This document shows positions 27,922 to 38,595 of a stretch of 64,000 nt of DNA, piece by piece. Position 1 is the stretch's first letter. Each line of letters opens with the position of its first letter. The notes beneath the pieces were generated by a model. The model ran no database searches. It was not told the origin of the DNA and saw only the letters and a program-made list of their open reading frames with translations. Position numbers and translations under genes: made by a program. The stretch covers positions 5,632,001 through 5,696,000 of the forward strand of contig OZ250169.1 of NCBI GenBank assembly GCA_965237955.1. Reading direction: 5' to 3'. Origin of the DNA: Candidatus Marinacidobacterales bacterium (GTDB lineage Bacteria; Acidobacteriota; Vicinamibacteria; Marinacidobacterales; SMYC01).

Positions 27922-29315
27922 ACTTCTATCTCGTCGCGATCCTCGGCTACTCTGCCGCGCTCATCGCTCTGGGGCTTTACGTCGGGCGCCGCGTAAAAAC
28001 CACGAGCGCGTTTTTCGTCGCCGGCAGAAGTCTCGGCCCGGTGTTGTTGTTCGCGACGCTCCTCGCCGCGAACATCGGCGCTGGGTCTACGATGGGCGCC
28101 GCCGGCATTGGCTACAGCGGCGGGCTCATTGCGTGGTGGTGGGTGGGCTCGGCCGGCATCGGCACTCTCATTCTCGCGTTTTGGGTCGGACCGCGGGTGT
28201 GGCGGATCGCGAAGGAACACGATCTGCAAACAGTGGGCGATCTGCTCGAGCTCCGCTACGGCAGCGCGGTCCGCGGCATCGTGACCGCACTTCTCTGGGT
28301 CGGCACGCTCTTCATTCTCGCGGGCCAACTCATCGCGGTCGCGTTCGTGCTTCAAGCGGTCGCGGGTATTCCGAAGATCTACGGGTGCTTGATTGGCGGC
28401 GCGGTGATGACGAGCTACTTCGCGGCCGGCGGGCTGTTGTCGTCGGCTTGGGTGAATCTCGTCCAGCTCGCCGTTCTCGTGATGGGCTTCGTCTTGGTGC
28501 TGCCGGTGGCGTTGTCGACCGTAGGCGGCCTCTCGGGGCTCACTGACGCGACCGCGGCTCTAAGTTCCGACTTCATGGACCCGTGGCGCGGTGGCTCGCC
28601 GGCGCTCCGGTATATCGCGCTCCTTGTTCCCGCGTTCATCGTTTCGCCCGGGCTAATTCAAAAAGTGTACGGTGCGCGCGACGCGCGGACGGTGCGCGTC
28701 GCCGTCGCGGCGGTCGGTGTCGCGCTGTTGCTGTTCGCATGGATTCCGCCGCTTCTCGGCGCGATCGCGCGCGTTCACTTTCCGGAGCTCGAGAGCCAAG
28801 GCTTGGCGCTTCCGACGCTGCTCGTGGAAAGAATCCCAGTCCTCGTGGGAGGTTTGGGCTTGGCCGCGATCTTCTCGGCCGAGGTGAGCTCGGCGGACGC
28901 TATTTTATTCATGCTGGCGACGTCGTTGTCGAAGGATCTTTATCAGCGTTTCCTTCGCCCTGGAGCCTCCGATGGTGACGTGCTGCGCGTCGCCCGTCTA
29001 GCGGCACTCGTCGGCGGGGTGCTCGGCGTGCTGATCGCCGTACGGTTCGAGACGATCGTCGGGGCGTTGAGCATCTTCTATTCGCTTTTGAGCGTGAGCC
29101 TGTTCGTGCCCGTGATAGCAGCGCTCCACACGCGGCGCGCTGGAGCCCCGGAAGCGCTCGCCGCGCTCGGCGCCGGCGTTTCGGTGCTTCTCTCGGTCCA
29201 GTTGCTGAGCGGGGGCGAGGGCTACGGGAATTGGAATCCGACGCTCATCGCACTTCTTGTTAGCGGAGTCGCCTTCGTAGCAGTTTTCGTTTTCCGTCGG
29301 AGAGTCGAAAACTAG
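27918..29315 (+). CDS. Sodium:solute symporter family protein
   Basis: FFVAGRSLG, AANIGAGST and AAIFSAEVSSADA motifs; about 13 TM segments. Confidence 0.9.
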   Translation: MNFYLVAILGYSAALIALGLYVGRRVKTTSAFFVAGRSLGPVLLFATLLAANIGAGSTMGAAGIGYSGGLIAWWWVGSAGIGTLILAFWVGPRVWRIAKEHDLQTVGDLLELRYGSAVRGIVTALLWVGTLFILAGQLIAVAFVLQAVAGIPKIYGCLIGGAVMTSYFAAGGLLSSAWVNLVQLAVLVMGFVLVLPVALSTVGGLSGLTDATAALSSDFMDPWRGGSPALRYIALLVPAFIVSPGLIQKVYGARDARTVRVAVAAVGVALLLFAWIPPLLGAIARVHFPELESQGLALPTLLVERIPVLVGGLGLAAIFSAEVSSADAILFMLATSLSKDLYQRFLRPGASDGDVLRVARLAALVGGVLGVLIAVRFETIVGALSIFYSLLSVSLFVPVIAALHTRRAGAPEALAALGAGVSVLLSVQLLSGGEGYGNWNPTLIALLVSGVAFVAVFVFRRRVEN

Positions 29316-30178
29316 TTCAGCACCGGGTCTTTAGCGTCTTCAGTAGGTTCAGCGTCCTCGGTCGTCTCTCTTTCCTCGATCTTCGCCTCTGCTGCCGTCT
29401 TCAATCGGTCTTCGATGGTCTGGCGGAGCTCCTGGTGGCGGTAGAACGCTCTAACCGAAACCGCCGACGCTACGGCGATCAGGGACGCGGACAACAACAA
29501 GGTCCCGCGGTTAAATGTCACCGAGCGGGAACCCACCAGGACAGTGTCGAATAGACCGAGAAACAGCACGATGACGACGAGCGTCCTAAACGTCTCGAGA
29601 ACGAGCGCGTTGGAACCAACGCGCCGGTGTTCGTCCACGGTACGTTTGTTGGATGAATATTCAGAAACGTCGTCTGCGTCGAAAGCAATGACCATCGCGA
29701 GCGGCGAGGCAACGAACCGATCCTCGTACTCGGTCAAGATCGCCACCGCGGCGATACACACCACCACGGCGCCGACCATCATTGGAATCGCAAACCGGGA
29801 AAACGGTTTGGGCTCGGAAGACGCCTCGGTGGCGTCTTTCTCATCACGGTTGCGATCAGGTCGTGACAAACCAAGTGTCATCGAGACGAGCGCGAGAGGA
29901 CCCAACAAGGCGAGGAGCGTTATATGCCCGACGTACTGCGTTTCTGCCGCGCGCAACACCGCGGTAGCGAGTGCTTCGAGCCCTTCGCCCGAGCCGGCCC
30001 GGCGGAAAGCGCTAATCAACTGCAGGCCGCTAGCCATCAACGCAGCCAGCGGTGTGGCTAGAGCGAGAGGCAGCACCACCAACACGATGCCGTAGCGCTC
30101 GACGCCTCTTCTGGATCTCGCAAGCGCGAACGTGAAACCCAGTGTGCCTAGCGCCACCGCAACCGAAAGCAACTGCAT
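29312..30178 (-). CDS. Hypothetical multi-pass membrane protein
   Basis: 288-aa ORF with about 6 hydrophobic segments. Confidence 0.55.
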   Translation of the reverse strand: MQLLSVAVALGTLGFTFALARSRRGVERYGIVLVVLPLALATPLAALMASGLQLISAFRRAGSGEGLEALATAVLRAAETQYVGHITLLALLGPLALVSMTLGLSRPDRNRDEKDATEASSEPKPFSRFAIPMMVGAVVVCIAAVAILTEYEDRFVASPLAMVIAFDADDVSEYSSNKRTVDEHRRVGSNALVLETFRTLVVIVLFLGLFDTVLVGSRSVTFNRGTLLLSASLIAVASAVSVRAFYRHQELRQTIEDRLKTAAEAKIEERETTEDAEPTEDAKDPVLN

Positions 30179-30293
30179 GCAAATCCTCCGCTTAGGCCCT
30201 TAGGGCCAGAGCGTAGAGGAAGCGCGCGGTTTCGGCAACCCACGCCACTACGCCGTGTAGAATGTGTCTTCTTGGAGATGGGCATGTTTCGTT

Positions 30294-30362
30294 TGCTTGT
30301 CGGATGCTGCGAGCTACGTGACCGGCACGGTGTTGTTCGTGGACGGCGGTTGGACGGCGGCG
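30294..30362 (+). pseudogene. C-terminal remnant of an SDR oxidoreductase
   Basis: LSDAASYVTGTVLFVDGGWTA is the typical SDR C-terminal motif; no upstream SDR body. Confidence 0.6.
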
Positions 30363-30403
30363 GACGCTTCACGCCACCTTGACCACTTGGAATCGCCCCG
30401 CGG

Positions 30404-30775
30404 CTACAGCGCCCGGAACCAATCGGCGTCTTTGAACACGGCCTCCCGAACCGTCGTCCACAGCTCTCGCGCGTCTTTGAGGTCCCACGGGATGTCTTGC
30501 TCTTCCTGGTGGGCGAAGACCTCGCCGACGCTGATGAGAATATTCATCACCGTTTGCATCTTGGTGTGATTATCAATGTTCTTGCCGACCTCTCCAGCGA
30601 GATTGGCGCACATCGTGTGTAGGCGCCCGCCGTCACCAGCCTCGTTCTTTGGCTTGGCGAGAAGCGTCTCGATCTCTTCGATTTGCTGCCGATAGGGCTC
30701 GGGATCGTGCTTGTAGGCATCGTCCGAACACGCGATCAGCGTGACGAACAGGGAAGCAACAACGGCGCGATTCAC
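30404..30775 (-). CDS. Hypothetical lipoprotein
   Basis: Lipobox LIAC after a hydrophobic stretch; RBS gaggag. Confidence 0.7.
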   Translation of the reverse strand: MNRAVVASLFVTLIACSDDAYKHDPEPYRQQIEEIETLLAKPKNEAGDGGRLHTMCANLAGEVGKNIDNHTKMQTVMNILISVGEVFAHQEEQDIPWDLKDARELWTTVREAVFKDADWFRAL

Positions 30776-30901
30776 GTCAGCAACTCCTCTCTTTAGTTGT
30801 TGTTCGATATTGGAACTGATCCAATTCTCGCGAACCGCTGGTGTAACCGCAACTGCCTAATGCGGCGCTACTTCAAAATGGAGACTTACGTCCGCGACAT
30901 C

Positions 30902-31327
30902 TCATTCGCTCCATTTATCTCTCCTGGAGTCCGTGACTACGCGTGAGTGGCCGCGAATCCAATCCGCGAGCTCGTTCTCCGACAGGCTCCCGTCGGCCGC
31001 TCCTAGGAAAGTGAGATACTTTGTTTCCTTCGGCGCTTGGATATCGTTTCCGTTTAGTATCAAGAAGACGCGGCAGACAACGTAGGCGGTGCGCTTGTTC
31101 CCGTCGACGAAGGAATGGTTCTTCACGAGACCCATGGCATACGCAGCCGCAAGAGCTGCCAAGTCTGGGGGCTCATCTGAGTAGGCGAGCAGGTTCTTCG
31201 GTCTGGCGAGTGCGGAATCAAGCAGACCTTCGTCGCGAACGCCCTCACTACCGCCATGCTCCGCCAGTTGTCGTAGATGAATGGCCCGGACGGTGTCGTG
31301 TCGAATCCACACGGGCTCGTCGGGCAA
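30902..31327 (-). CDS. doc: Type II toxin, death-on-curing (Doc/Fic) family
   Basis: HGGSEGVRDEGLLDSALARP; HSFVDGNKRTA Doc motif. Confidence 0.92.
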   Translation of the reverse strand: MPDEPVWIRHDTVRAIHLRQLAEHGGSEGVRDEGLLDSALARPKNLLAYSDEPPDLAALAAAYAMGLVKNHSFVDGNKRTAYVVCRVFLILNGNDIQAPKETKYLTFLGAADGSLSENELADWIRGHSRVVTDSRRDKWSE

Positions 31328-31331
31328 AGTC

Positions 31332-31556
31332 TTACTCGGCGAGCTTCTTCAGCACATCGCGGTCTTCACGCATGACGCTTTCGGCGACTTCCATCTGAGC
31401 TGCAAACTCGCGATCGTAGGGCGTCAGCTCGATACCTTTCGGCGTCTCGAGCACATATAGCGTGTCGCCTTTCTCCACGCGAAGACGCTGCACAATTTCT
31501 TTCGGCAGGATCACACCGGTTGAGTTCCCTACGGCAACGACCTTTACAGATGCCAT
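31332..31556 (-). CDS. AbrB/MazE-family antitoxin
   Basis: VGNSTGVILPK...GDTL...GIELTPYD; directly upstream of doc. Confidence 0.9.
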   Translation of the reverse strand: MASVKVVAVGNSTGVILPKEIVQRLRVEKGDTLYVLETPKGIELTPYDREFAAQMEVAESVMREDRDVLKKLAE

Positions 31557-31571
31557 AAACACCTCCACGTC

Positions 31572-31590
31572 ATTATAACAAATGTTCTAA
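31572..31590 (-). promoter_or_regulatory. TA promoter -10 box overlapped by a palindromic operator
   Basis: TATAAT on the minus strand (31577-31572), overlapped by the IR ttataac-aaat-gttctaa. Confidence 0.5.
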
Positions 31591-31673
31591 CGTTAGGCGG
31601 CCGTCTCCCAAAGACCCCAAAGTGCAGACAATCCAACGTGGTGCTCGCCGCTTGGCAGCGCGGCCTCCCGGAT

Positions 31674-34600
31674 TTAGACGTACAGCAGGATTCCTTGGGC
31701 TTTTTCGTTGGTGGCGGCTTCGAGGGCCTCGATGTAATGTGCTACTTGGCGGCGGTAGGGGTCTTGCGACATGTCGATGCGGAGGTCGGTCTTGAAATCT
31801 ATTATCGTCCACGGGGCGTTCGCATCGGTGCGGAATACGAGGTCGGGGATGCCCTCGACGAGACGTCCTTCGCCGTCCCGGTGGACGAGCGGCGTCTCTC
31901 GGTAGCACTCTGGAGCGCCTCTCGCTTGCACCAAAAGCGGGTGCTCGAGCGCCTGGGTGACTGCCGCCACGGCCGCCTCGAGCTCCGCGTCGGTGGCGTC
32001 GAGCATGCGCGCGAGGCTCAGGCTGAGCGGTTCGACGTCGCTCGGCTCGATGGCGAGAGGTGAGCGCGCCAAAAGCTCGTGAACGAGTGAGCCGAACCGT
32101 TTGCCGCCGGGTCTTTGGGGGTCGCGTCCCTCGACCTCGGCTAGCTCGACGGAATCGGCTCCCGAAACGGGGGCTTCCTCCTCCACCAACCTGCTGACCG
32201 AGCTCGCGCGGAAGCTTTCAGTCGAGCCCTGCCGTACAGTAGCTTCCTTCCGCTCGGTCCAGCTGGCGTGCTCGCGCTCGCCCGCGGTCGGACCCTCTTC
32301 CGGCTGGGCCTGAAGAATCCAATAGCGTCGTAGTCCGGGTTTGGTCGCGGTCTCTAGCTCGAACTGATGGGGGTCCCACCACACGACTTCGTGGCGTCCG
32401 ACGGCGGGTTTGTGCAATCCGGGGCGAATGCCTTCACCGGGCATGATGTCGGCGCGTCCCGGCCGTTCGATCACACACTCCTCGCCGGTGAACCGGGGGA
32501 CATTGGCTGCGACCATCGGGAGCCGATAGGAGCGCGGTGATGGATAGAGCGCCGGCAGGAGCGGAGCCACCCAACCGGCGTCCTGCGGACGGTCGGCGAC
32601 GACGGGGACCGCGAGGATGTCCCGCGCGCGCGTCGCAGCGACGTAGAGCAAGCGCAAGCTCTCGGCAGCTTCCCGCTCGCCTTCCGCCTGCTCGTGGTCG
32701 ATGACTTCCCACGGTAGGCCGCCGGCGAATCGAACGGCGAAGATGCCCCTCTCGGGATCGACGTGGCGGGAGGCGCCCATCGAACGCGAGCAGGTGATGT
32801 CGCACAGCACGATGACGGGGAACTCGAGCCCTTTCGCTTTGTGCACCGTCATGAGGCGAACGCCTTCGACCCCATCCTCGATGAGCGGCTGCTCGCTTCC
32901 GGTCGCGCTCTCGGCGAGTGCATCTAAATGATCTACGAACCCGCGGAACGAAAGCCCGCCCGTCTCTTCGAAGTTACGAGCGAGCTGCATCAGCCGGAGG
33001 ACGTTCGCAAGGATTTGATCTCCCGCCTGCCATAGCGCGAAGCCTGCCTGTGCGCGCGTCGCGTCCAGGATTTCCCGAATCGTCAACGCGATCGGTCGAA
33101 AGTTCCTACTTTTATGTAGACGACCGAGTACGTCGATCGCCTCTTGGACGGATGCGTCGTCGCCACGAAGCTCGGCCGTCGTCCGGCGGAACGGATGAAG
33201 CGATCCGTGACGCGTACGAAACTGGAGCAGGCTGTCGTCGGAAAGACTGAACAGCGGGCCTCTCAGAGTCGCGAACACCGACAGCTCGTCGTCGGGGCGC
33301 TCGATCGCGGTGAGCGCCACGCGCATCGCATCGATCTCTTCTCGTTGATGGAACCCGCGCCCACCTATTAGCACGTGCGGAACATCGAAACCTTGAAGCG
33401 CTTCGACGTACGGTTGCGTGATCGATCTCTGCTGGGTGACGAAACGGCGGAACAGAAGACACACGTCGGACGCTCCGATGGGTCGTGGAACGGAGTCTCC
33501 GCGCGACGTGACTTGGTACCCGCTGTCTTCGATGAGCCAGCGAACCCACGATGCCACCGCACTCGGCTCGGACCGCTGCATCGCATACTGCGTCAAGTAG
33601 CCCCAGTCGCCGTACGGACGTGGTATCGGAAGTGCTACGACCGAGGGTTGCCCCTCGATCGCGGGGCGATGCGGCTCGAGCGCGACGTAGTCCGCCTGTT
33701 GGTTGTTCTCGGTCCGCTTCATCGCGGCCGACATCGAGGCGTTCACGATCTCCTGTATCTCGGGTACCGATCGAAAGCTGACGCTCAAGTAGACTGGCTG
33801 TGCGCCCGCGGCTACGAGCTGGCGCTTCACTCGCTGATAGAGCGCGACGTCGGCGCGACGGAATCGATAAATCGACTGTTTCGGATCGGCGACGACGAAG
33901 AGTTTTCCCGGGACGGTCTTTACCCGGAGCCAGTCGTCTTGCTCGGGGTCCGCCGCTGACAGGAGCAGCAGAATTTCGGCTTGGAGCGGATCGGTGTCCT
34001 GGAACTCGTCGACGAAGATGTGAGTGAACCGCTCCTGGAGTTCTTGCCGAAGAGCGTCGTTGTCTCGGAGTAGGTCGCGCGCCTTGACCAGGAGGTCGAG
34101 AAAATCGAGCCGCCCTCGTTTCGATTTCGCGTCCTGGTAGCGGTCGACGACTTCGCGTAGCTCGTTTTGCAGAAGCGCGGCCCGATCCGAGGAAGCGCGT
34201 TTCTTGAAATCAGTGAGCGCGTCTTTGAACGCTTCTCGTTCGGACAAGAGCTCCTCGCGGATGACAGATTCGCCGTAGGCGCCCCGTCCCTTGCGCCTTC
34301 CGAGCTTGAGTGCCGGAAGGCGGTGCTCGAGCGCGTCGTAGTCGCGCCGGCCTCTCACTTGCTCCTGACCCTCGAGATCCTGGACGAAGCTGAGCAAAGT
34401 TTTGAAATCCATGAACAAATAGTCCCGCTCGCTCGAGCGCTTCCGGGCGGTTTCGGCGAGACTGAGAGCGCGCTCGACTAAGTCGTCGATCTCTCCCTCT
34501 CGATCGAATGGACGAACTTGCCAGGGGGTCTTGAAGTCACGGATGTCGATGAGCGTCAGACCAGCACGATAGAGCTCGTCGATGGGGCCTTGCTCTCGCA

Positions 34601-35108
34601 CCGCGCTCTTTCGCAGCAGACGCCGGACGCCGGGCGGCGGGTCGTCGAGTTTCTGCTCGAGCCAGCGATCGAAGACGCGGCGATACATCCGCTCGGTCTC
34701 TCCCTCGGTCGCGACTTCGAACAACGGGTCGACGCTCGCTTGCAGCGGTCGCTCCTTGAGCAAGTCCGCGCAAAAGCCGTGGATCGTACCAATGTGCGCC
34801 TCTTCGAGCTGCGCTAAACCCTTTTCGAGTCGTCGGCGTACGTCATCGTCGTCCGCACCCTGGTGGGCATGACGGGCGCGCTCGAGCTCGCTTCGCAGCC
34901 GAAGCTTCAGCTCGCCCGCGGCTTTCTCGGTGAACGTCACCGCCACGAGGCGTCGCAGCTCAACCCGCCCGGTTCGAATGACCTGGATGATGCGTCCGAC
35001 GAGCGCGGTCGTCTTGCCCGTTCCCGCTGCCGCTTCGACGACGAGCGTCTTGTCGAGATCGTTCTCGATCGCGTCGCGATCGCGTTGGTCGGCGAGGGGA
35101 GACGTCAC
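31674..35108 (-). CDS. addA: AddA-like UvrD helicase with a C-terminal PD-(D/E)XK nuclease
   Basis: AAAGTGKT, VTFTEKAA, VDEFQD, DPKQSIYRFR, MTVHKAKGLEF, LYVAATRA and GIPDLV...IIDFKT motifs; GTGA overlap with addB. Confidence 0.88.
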   Translation of the reverse strand: MTSPLADQRDRDAIENDLDKTLVVEAAAGTGKTTALVGRIIQVIRTGRVELRRLVAVTFTEKAAGELKLRLRSELERARHAHQGADDDDVRRRLEKGLAQLEEAHIGTIHGFCADLLKERPLQASVDPLFEVATEGETERMYRRVFDRWLEQKLDDPPPGVRRLLRKSAVREQGPIDELYRAGLTLIDIRDFKTPWQVRPFDREGEIDDLVERALSLAETARKRSSERDYLFMDFKTLLSFVQDLEGQEQVRGRRDYDALEHRLPALKLGRRKGRGAYGESVIREELLSEREAFKDALTDFKKRASSDRAALLQNELREVVDRYQDAKSKRGRLDFLDLLVKARDLLRDNDALRQELQERFTHIFVDEFQDTDPLQAEILLLLSAADPEQDDWLRVKTVPGKLFVVADPKQSIYRFRRADVALYQRVKRQLVAAGAQPVYLSVSFRSVPEIQEIVNASMSAAMKRTENNQQADYVALEPHRPAIEGQPSVVALPIPRPYGDWGYLTQYAMQRSEPSAVASWVRWLIEDSGYQVTSRGDSVPRPIGASDVCLLFRRFVTQQRSITQPYVEALQGFDVPHVLIGGRGFHQREEIDAMRVALTAIERPDDELSVFATLRGPLFSLSDDSLLQFRTRHGSLHPFRRTTAELRGDDASVQEAIDVLGRLHKSRNFRPIALTIREILDATRAQAGFALWQAGDQILANVLRLMQLARNFEETGGLSFRGFVDHLDALAESATGSEQPLIEDGVEGVRLMTVHKAKGLEFPVIVLCDITCSRSMGASRHVDPERGIFAVRFAGGLPWEVIDHEQAEGEREAAESLRLLYVAATRARDILAVPVVADRPQDAGWVAPLLPALYPSPRSYRLPMVAANVPRFTGEECVIERPGRADIMPGEGIRPGLHKPAVGRHEVVWWDPHQFELETATKPGLRRYWILQAQPEEGPTAGEREHASWTERKEATVRQGSTESFRASSVSRLVEEEAPVSGADSVELAEVEGRDPQRPGGKRFGSLVHELLARSPLAIEPSDVEPLSLSLARMLDATDAELEAAVAAVTQALEHPLLVQARGAPECYRETPLVHRDGEGRLVEGIPDLVFRTDANAPWTIIDFKTDLRIDMSQDPYRRQVAHYIEALEAATNEKAQGILLYV

Positions 35109-38100
35109 GTGAGGTTCCTCAGCCAGTTGAGTGGGGACAGGCGCGGGTCTGCCTGCTTGCGCTTGGAGTCGATCTCCATGCGGGGGCCGCAGACCGAGAT
35201 GTAGTCGCAAAACCGACACCCGAATTTCGGCAGCGGCGAGGCGGGGAAAAAGCCCTCCTCGATGCTCTCGTCGAGTCGTCGCTGGAACTCGGCGATCACC
35301 TCCAGAGCTTCTTCGTCCGTGTACACGGTGCGCTCAGAGTAACTTCCGCGCTCGGTGCAGTAGTAGAGTCGTGAGGACTCCACTTGCTCACCCGTCAACG
35401 CTTCGTAAGCCAATGTGTACAGCACCGGTTGGAGGCTTTGTCCGCCGTTCACAATCGCGCTTTCGGGCATCCACACTTTGCCGCTCTTGTGGTCGGTCAC
35501 GCGCACCTTCCCGTCGGCGCGTTTTTCGACGAGGTCGATGGCACCTCGAAGCCGCAACCCGTTTTCGAGTTTCGCCACTTCCAATGTGCTCGCGGGGTCC
35601 GCGGGTCCTCTCGGTTTCATCCCGAACGTAAATTCACGCCGGATGGGCACGAAACCTCCGGTCGCCTTCGCCTCCCGGCGAAGCCAGCCTCTGAGGTCGA
35701 AACGAATCCGCTCGAGCTCGTCGCGCCAGATGCGCTCGATGGCGGGAGCGAGCTCTTCGTAGAACCGCTCGGTGACCTCATCGAGGGTGAGCTCGAATAC
35801 TTGCATGACCTCTTCGAGGTTTTCGGGACGCACCGGTAAGAGGTCAGCGTCCTCCAATCGCTGCAAGATATGGAATTGGGCGTCGTGCAAGATGTGGCCG
35901 CGCGTCAACGCATCGAGGTGGGTTATGGATTCGATGTCGTCCCGCGGCCTCAGGCGCAACACGGCGTTGAGATAGAACCGGTACGGACACCCTGCGTATT
36001 TCTCGAGTGCGGTGACGGAGTACGCGCGGGCGTCGAGGCGGTGGTGCGCAAGGATCTCCTTGGCGGCGCTCGAAGGTTCGAGGAAGCCGTCCACGGGCGT
36101 GAACGTCCCGGAGCGTCCGCGTTGATACTTCGCCCGGAGCGAGCGTGCGAGAGACGGGTTCACATCTATTAGGTAGCGACCGGTGCCGCGCACGTCGTCC
36201 TCGCTCGTGTCCCTGCGAAGCGCATCGGCGAGAAAGGCGAGGTCGAACTCGGTGGCATCGATCGCTTTTTGCCGATCCAGGGGAGCTGGCCACCCGAGAC
36301 GTGCGCCGCTCGAGCTTGCCGCCTCGCGCTCGAGCGTCTCGAAGTCGGGAAGCTCGCCTTGACTCGCGCGCGCGATCTCGAGGAGATAGAACGACGGGAC
36401 TTTGGATCGGCCTTTGGCCAGATCGACCGACGGGTAGCTGAAGACGATGCGACGGGTCGCGGCGCCGATCGCAAGCCGCAGGGCGAGCCGCTCTTTCTGG
36501 ACGCGGTCTTCTTGTAACGGTAGTGCGGCGTCGAGCTTTTTCCGGTCGTCGTCGAGAAGGAGGGGATCTTCCACGATTTTTTTCGGGAACATGCGCTCGG
36601 CGAGGCCCGGTACCAAGACGACGTCGAAGCTCGCCCCACGAACCGAGTCGATGGGCGCGACCCACACTTTGCCGTATCGATAGTCGGTAGGCCGTTGTGA
36701 GAGGAGCGTCAGCCGCTCGCTCAAGACCTCGCGGACCTCGATCCAATCGACGGGCCCCACCGCGGCCATCGGGCGGAGCTCTTTGAGCATCGATAGCACA
36801 CCGTCCGGATGCGCAAGCGAGCGCATCGCGAGCGTTTCCAGGGCATCGAGCCAGCTGCCCCAAGGAGCGCGCTTCGGAAGCTCGGCGAGAAGCTCGAGGA
36901 CCGGCAGTGCGAAGCGCTTCAAATGCTCGAGGTCGTCGCGTTCTCGTTGAAGCGCGACTGCTTCGGCGCCCTCGGGATCCTCGAGCTCTGCCAGCCGAAT
37001 CTCGAGCTCACGGGCGAGTCCGGCGAGGCGTCGCTCCCACCGCTCGAGACTTCCGATCACGGCCGCGTCGACGAGGAGTTTCTCCCATCGCCACGGTGCA
37101 CGGAGGCTTCCCTCGATGGCGGTCTCGAGCTCCGGCTCGTCGACTTTTTCGGGCTCGGCGAAGAGGTCGAGTTGTACCGGTTCGTAGGCGGAGTCCGAAG
37201 TATTCGGTGCGAGCGCGTGTTGTGGTGGAATCCACAACACGTCTTCGTCCTCGGGCAACTCCTCGGGCGGAATCGGTACCCCGTGGGCGTCGAGTCGAGG
37301 AAGCTGCGAGAGCGAAAGATATTCCGCGAAACGTGTGGCGCTCAGCTCGTCGTCGGCGCAGTCCATCAGAGCGAGGAAGGCGCGTCCGGCGGGATCGGGG
37401 CGCTTGGTCCCTTTCTCGAAATAGGCGGGAATAGACGCTCGCTCGAACGCGTCCTCGAGGTGCGCGGTGTAGCTTTCGGGCGAGCGTAGCAACACCGCGA
37501 TGCGGTCGAAGGGCGTTTTGTCGGCGGCTTCGGCATGGATCGCGCGAGCGATCTCTACGGCTTCTTGAGCTTCACCGGGCGCGGAGAGAATCGTGACGTC
37601 GGTGGGAGCTTCGGTCTTGACAGTCTTGACAGGCTTGACTGGCACTTCGTCACTGAATACGTAATGCTGGAGGTCGAGGATCGCCTGGCTCGCTCGTGGT
37701 TCGATGGATTCCGGCTCACAACCCAAGGCTCGGCCGAGAAACCGAAGCGATTTGTCGTCTCCCGATGGCACCGTGGCCACGATCGCATCCGCTTTCTCCG
37801 CGAGCGCCTCGACGAACCGCGCTTCAGCCGGCGATTCGATGGGGACGTCGAGAAGCAAAATGGACGCGCTCACGTTGTTGTCCGACTCACTCGCGAGCTC
37901 GAACACGAGAGCACGATCGGCGACGCCATGCTCGCGCGCTAGCGCTTGATAGCGCGCGGTGAGATCACCGAGCACAGCGCTATCGGATGAAAGCTCCGAG
38001 AGCGCCTCGGGTGTCACCTGGTGAAGTCGACACTCGTGGATGGTCGAGGTGAGCGCGCGCGTAAGCCCCGGCCCGTCGGCAACGCTCGCGAGGGCGCCCA

Positions 38101-38419
38101 GGTGATTCTCCTTCGAGCTCTGGTGAATGACGCGCGCGGTCACCGCCTCCTGGCCCAAACGGCTGTGGGATGCCATGCCGGCCTTCGCGAGCGCCGGCAT
38201 CGCGAGGCGATAGGCGAGGGCATCCAGAGTCATCCGCTGCACGCCGAAAATCGAGCCCTGCTCATGCACGATTTCGCGAACGAAGTGGTCGGCGGACTCC
38301 TGCTCTTTCGACAAGAGCAGCAGCGAGGCGGGTGACGACAGCTTGCTGAAAGCGCGACCCGCGCCCTCATGCCGGGCTGCCGCCGAGGGTCCGACGAGGA
38401 GCGTTCGACGTGATGCCAT
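35105..38419 (-). CDS. addB: AddB-like inactive helicase / PD-(D/E)XK nuclease with Fe-S staple
   Basis: YSVTALEKYAGCPYRF, RGAIDLVE, VTDHKSG and CRFCDYISVC (four Cys). Confidence 0.85.
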   Translation of the reverse strand: MASRRTLLVGPSAAARHEGAGRAFSKLSSPASLLLLSKEQESADHFVREIVHEQGSIFGVQRMTLDALAYRLAMPALAKAGMASHSRLGQEAVTARVIHQSSKENHLGALASVADGPGLTRALTSTIHECRLHQVTPEALSELSSDSAVLGDLTARYQALAREHGVADRALVFELASESDNNVSASILLLDVPIESPAEARFVEALAEKADAIVATVPSGDDKSLRFLGRALGCEPESIEPRASQAILDLQHYVFSDEVPVKPVKTVKTEAPTDVTILSAPGEAQEAVEIARAIHAEAADKTPFDRIAVLLRSPESYTAHLEDAFERASIPAYFEKGTKRPDPAGRAFLALMDCADDELSATRFAEYLSLSQLPRLDAHGVPIPPEELPEDEDVLWIPPQHALAPNTSDSAYEPVQLDLFAEPEKVDEPELETAIEGSLRAPWRWEKLLVDAAVIGSLERWERRLAGLARELEIRLAELEDPEGAEAVALQRERDDLEHLKRFALPVLELLAELPKRAPWGSWLDALETLAMRSLAHPDGVLSMLKELRPMAAVGPVDWIEVREVLSERLTLLSQRPTDYRYGKVWVAPIDSVRGASFDVVLVPGLAERMFPKKIVEDPLLLDDDRKKLDAALPLQEDRVQKERLALRLAIGAATRRIVFSYPSVDLAKGRSKVPSFYLLEIARASQGELPDFETLEREAASSSGARLGWPAPLDRQKAIDATEFDLAFLADALRRDTSEDDVRGTGRYLIDVNPSLARSLRAKYQRGRSGTFTPVDGFLEPSSAAKEILAHHRLDARAYSVTALEKYAGCPYRFYLNAVLRLRPRDDIESITHLDALTRGHILHDAQFHILQRLEDADLLPVRPENLEEVMQVFELTLDEVTERFYEELAPAIERIWRDELERIRFDLRGWLRREAKATGGFVPIRREFTFGMKPRGPADPASTLEVAKLENGLRLRGAIDLVEKRADGKVRVTDHKSGKVWMPESAIVNGGQSLQPVLYTLAYEALTGEQVESSRLYYCTERGSYSERTVYTDEEALEVIAEFQRRLDESIEEGFFPASPLPKFGCRFCDYISVCGPRMEIDSKRKQADPRLSPLNWLRNLT

Positions 38420-38595
38420 AGGTTCGATGCTCTCGCATGTTAGCTGCGATCGTCGTCGAATCAAACCCGGGCTCCGGTACGGAACGCAGTTGAAGTAGGC
38501 CACCCCGCGGTTGTAGGATGGCGCCCAAGGATTTTGTTGATTGCCCGCCGCTCCCCGGGGCGGGATATCATTTTTTTGTTCCGAGGAGGGATGTC

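Noticed and set aside
30902-38419. Helicase-nuclease pair plus TA module as a new anti-phage system
   Set aside because: Motifs, Fe-S cysteines and addB-addA order fit housekeeping AddAB; Doc/AbrB is a common stand-alone module with its own promoter
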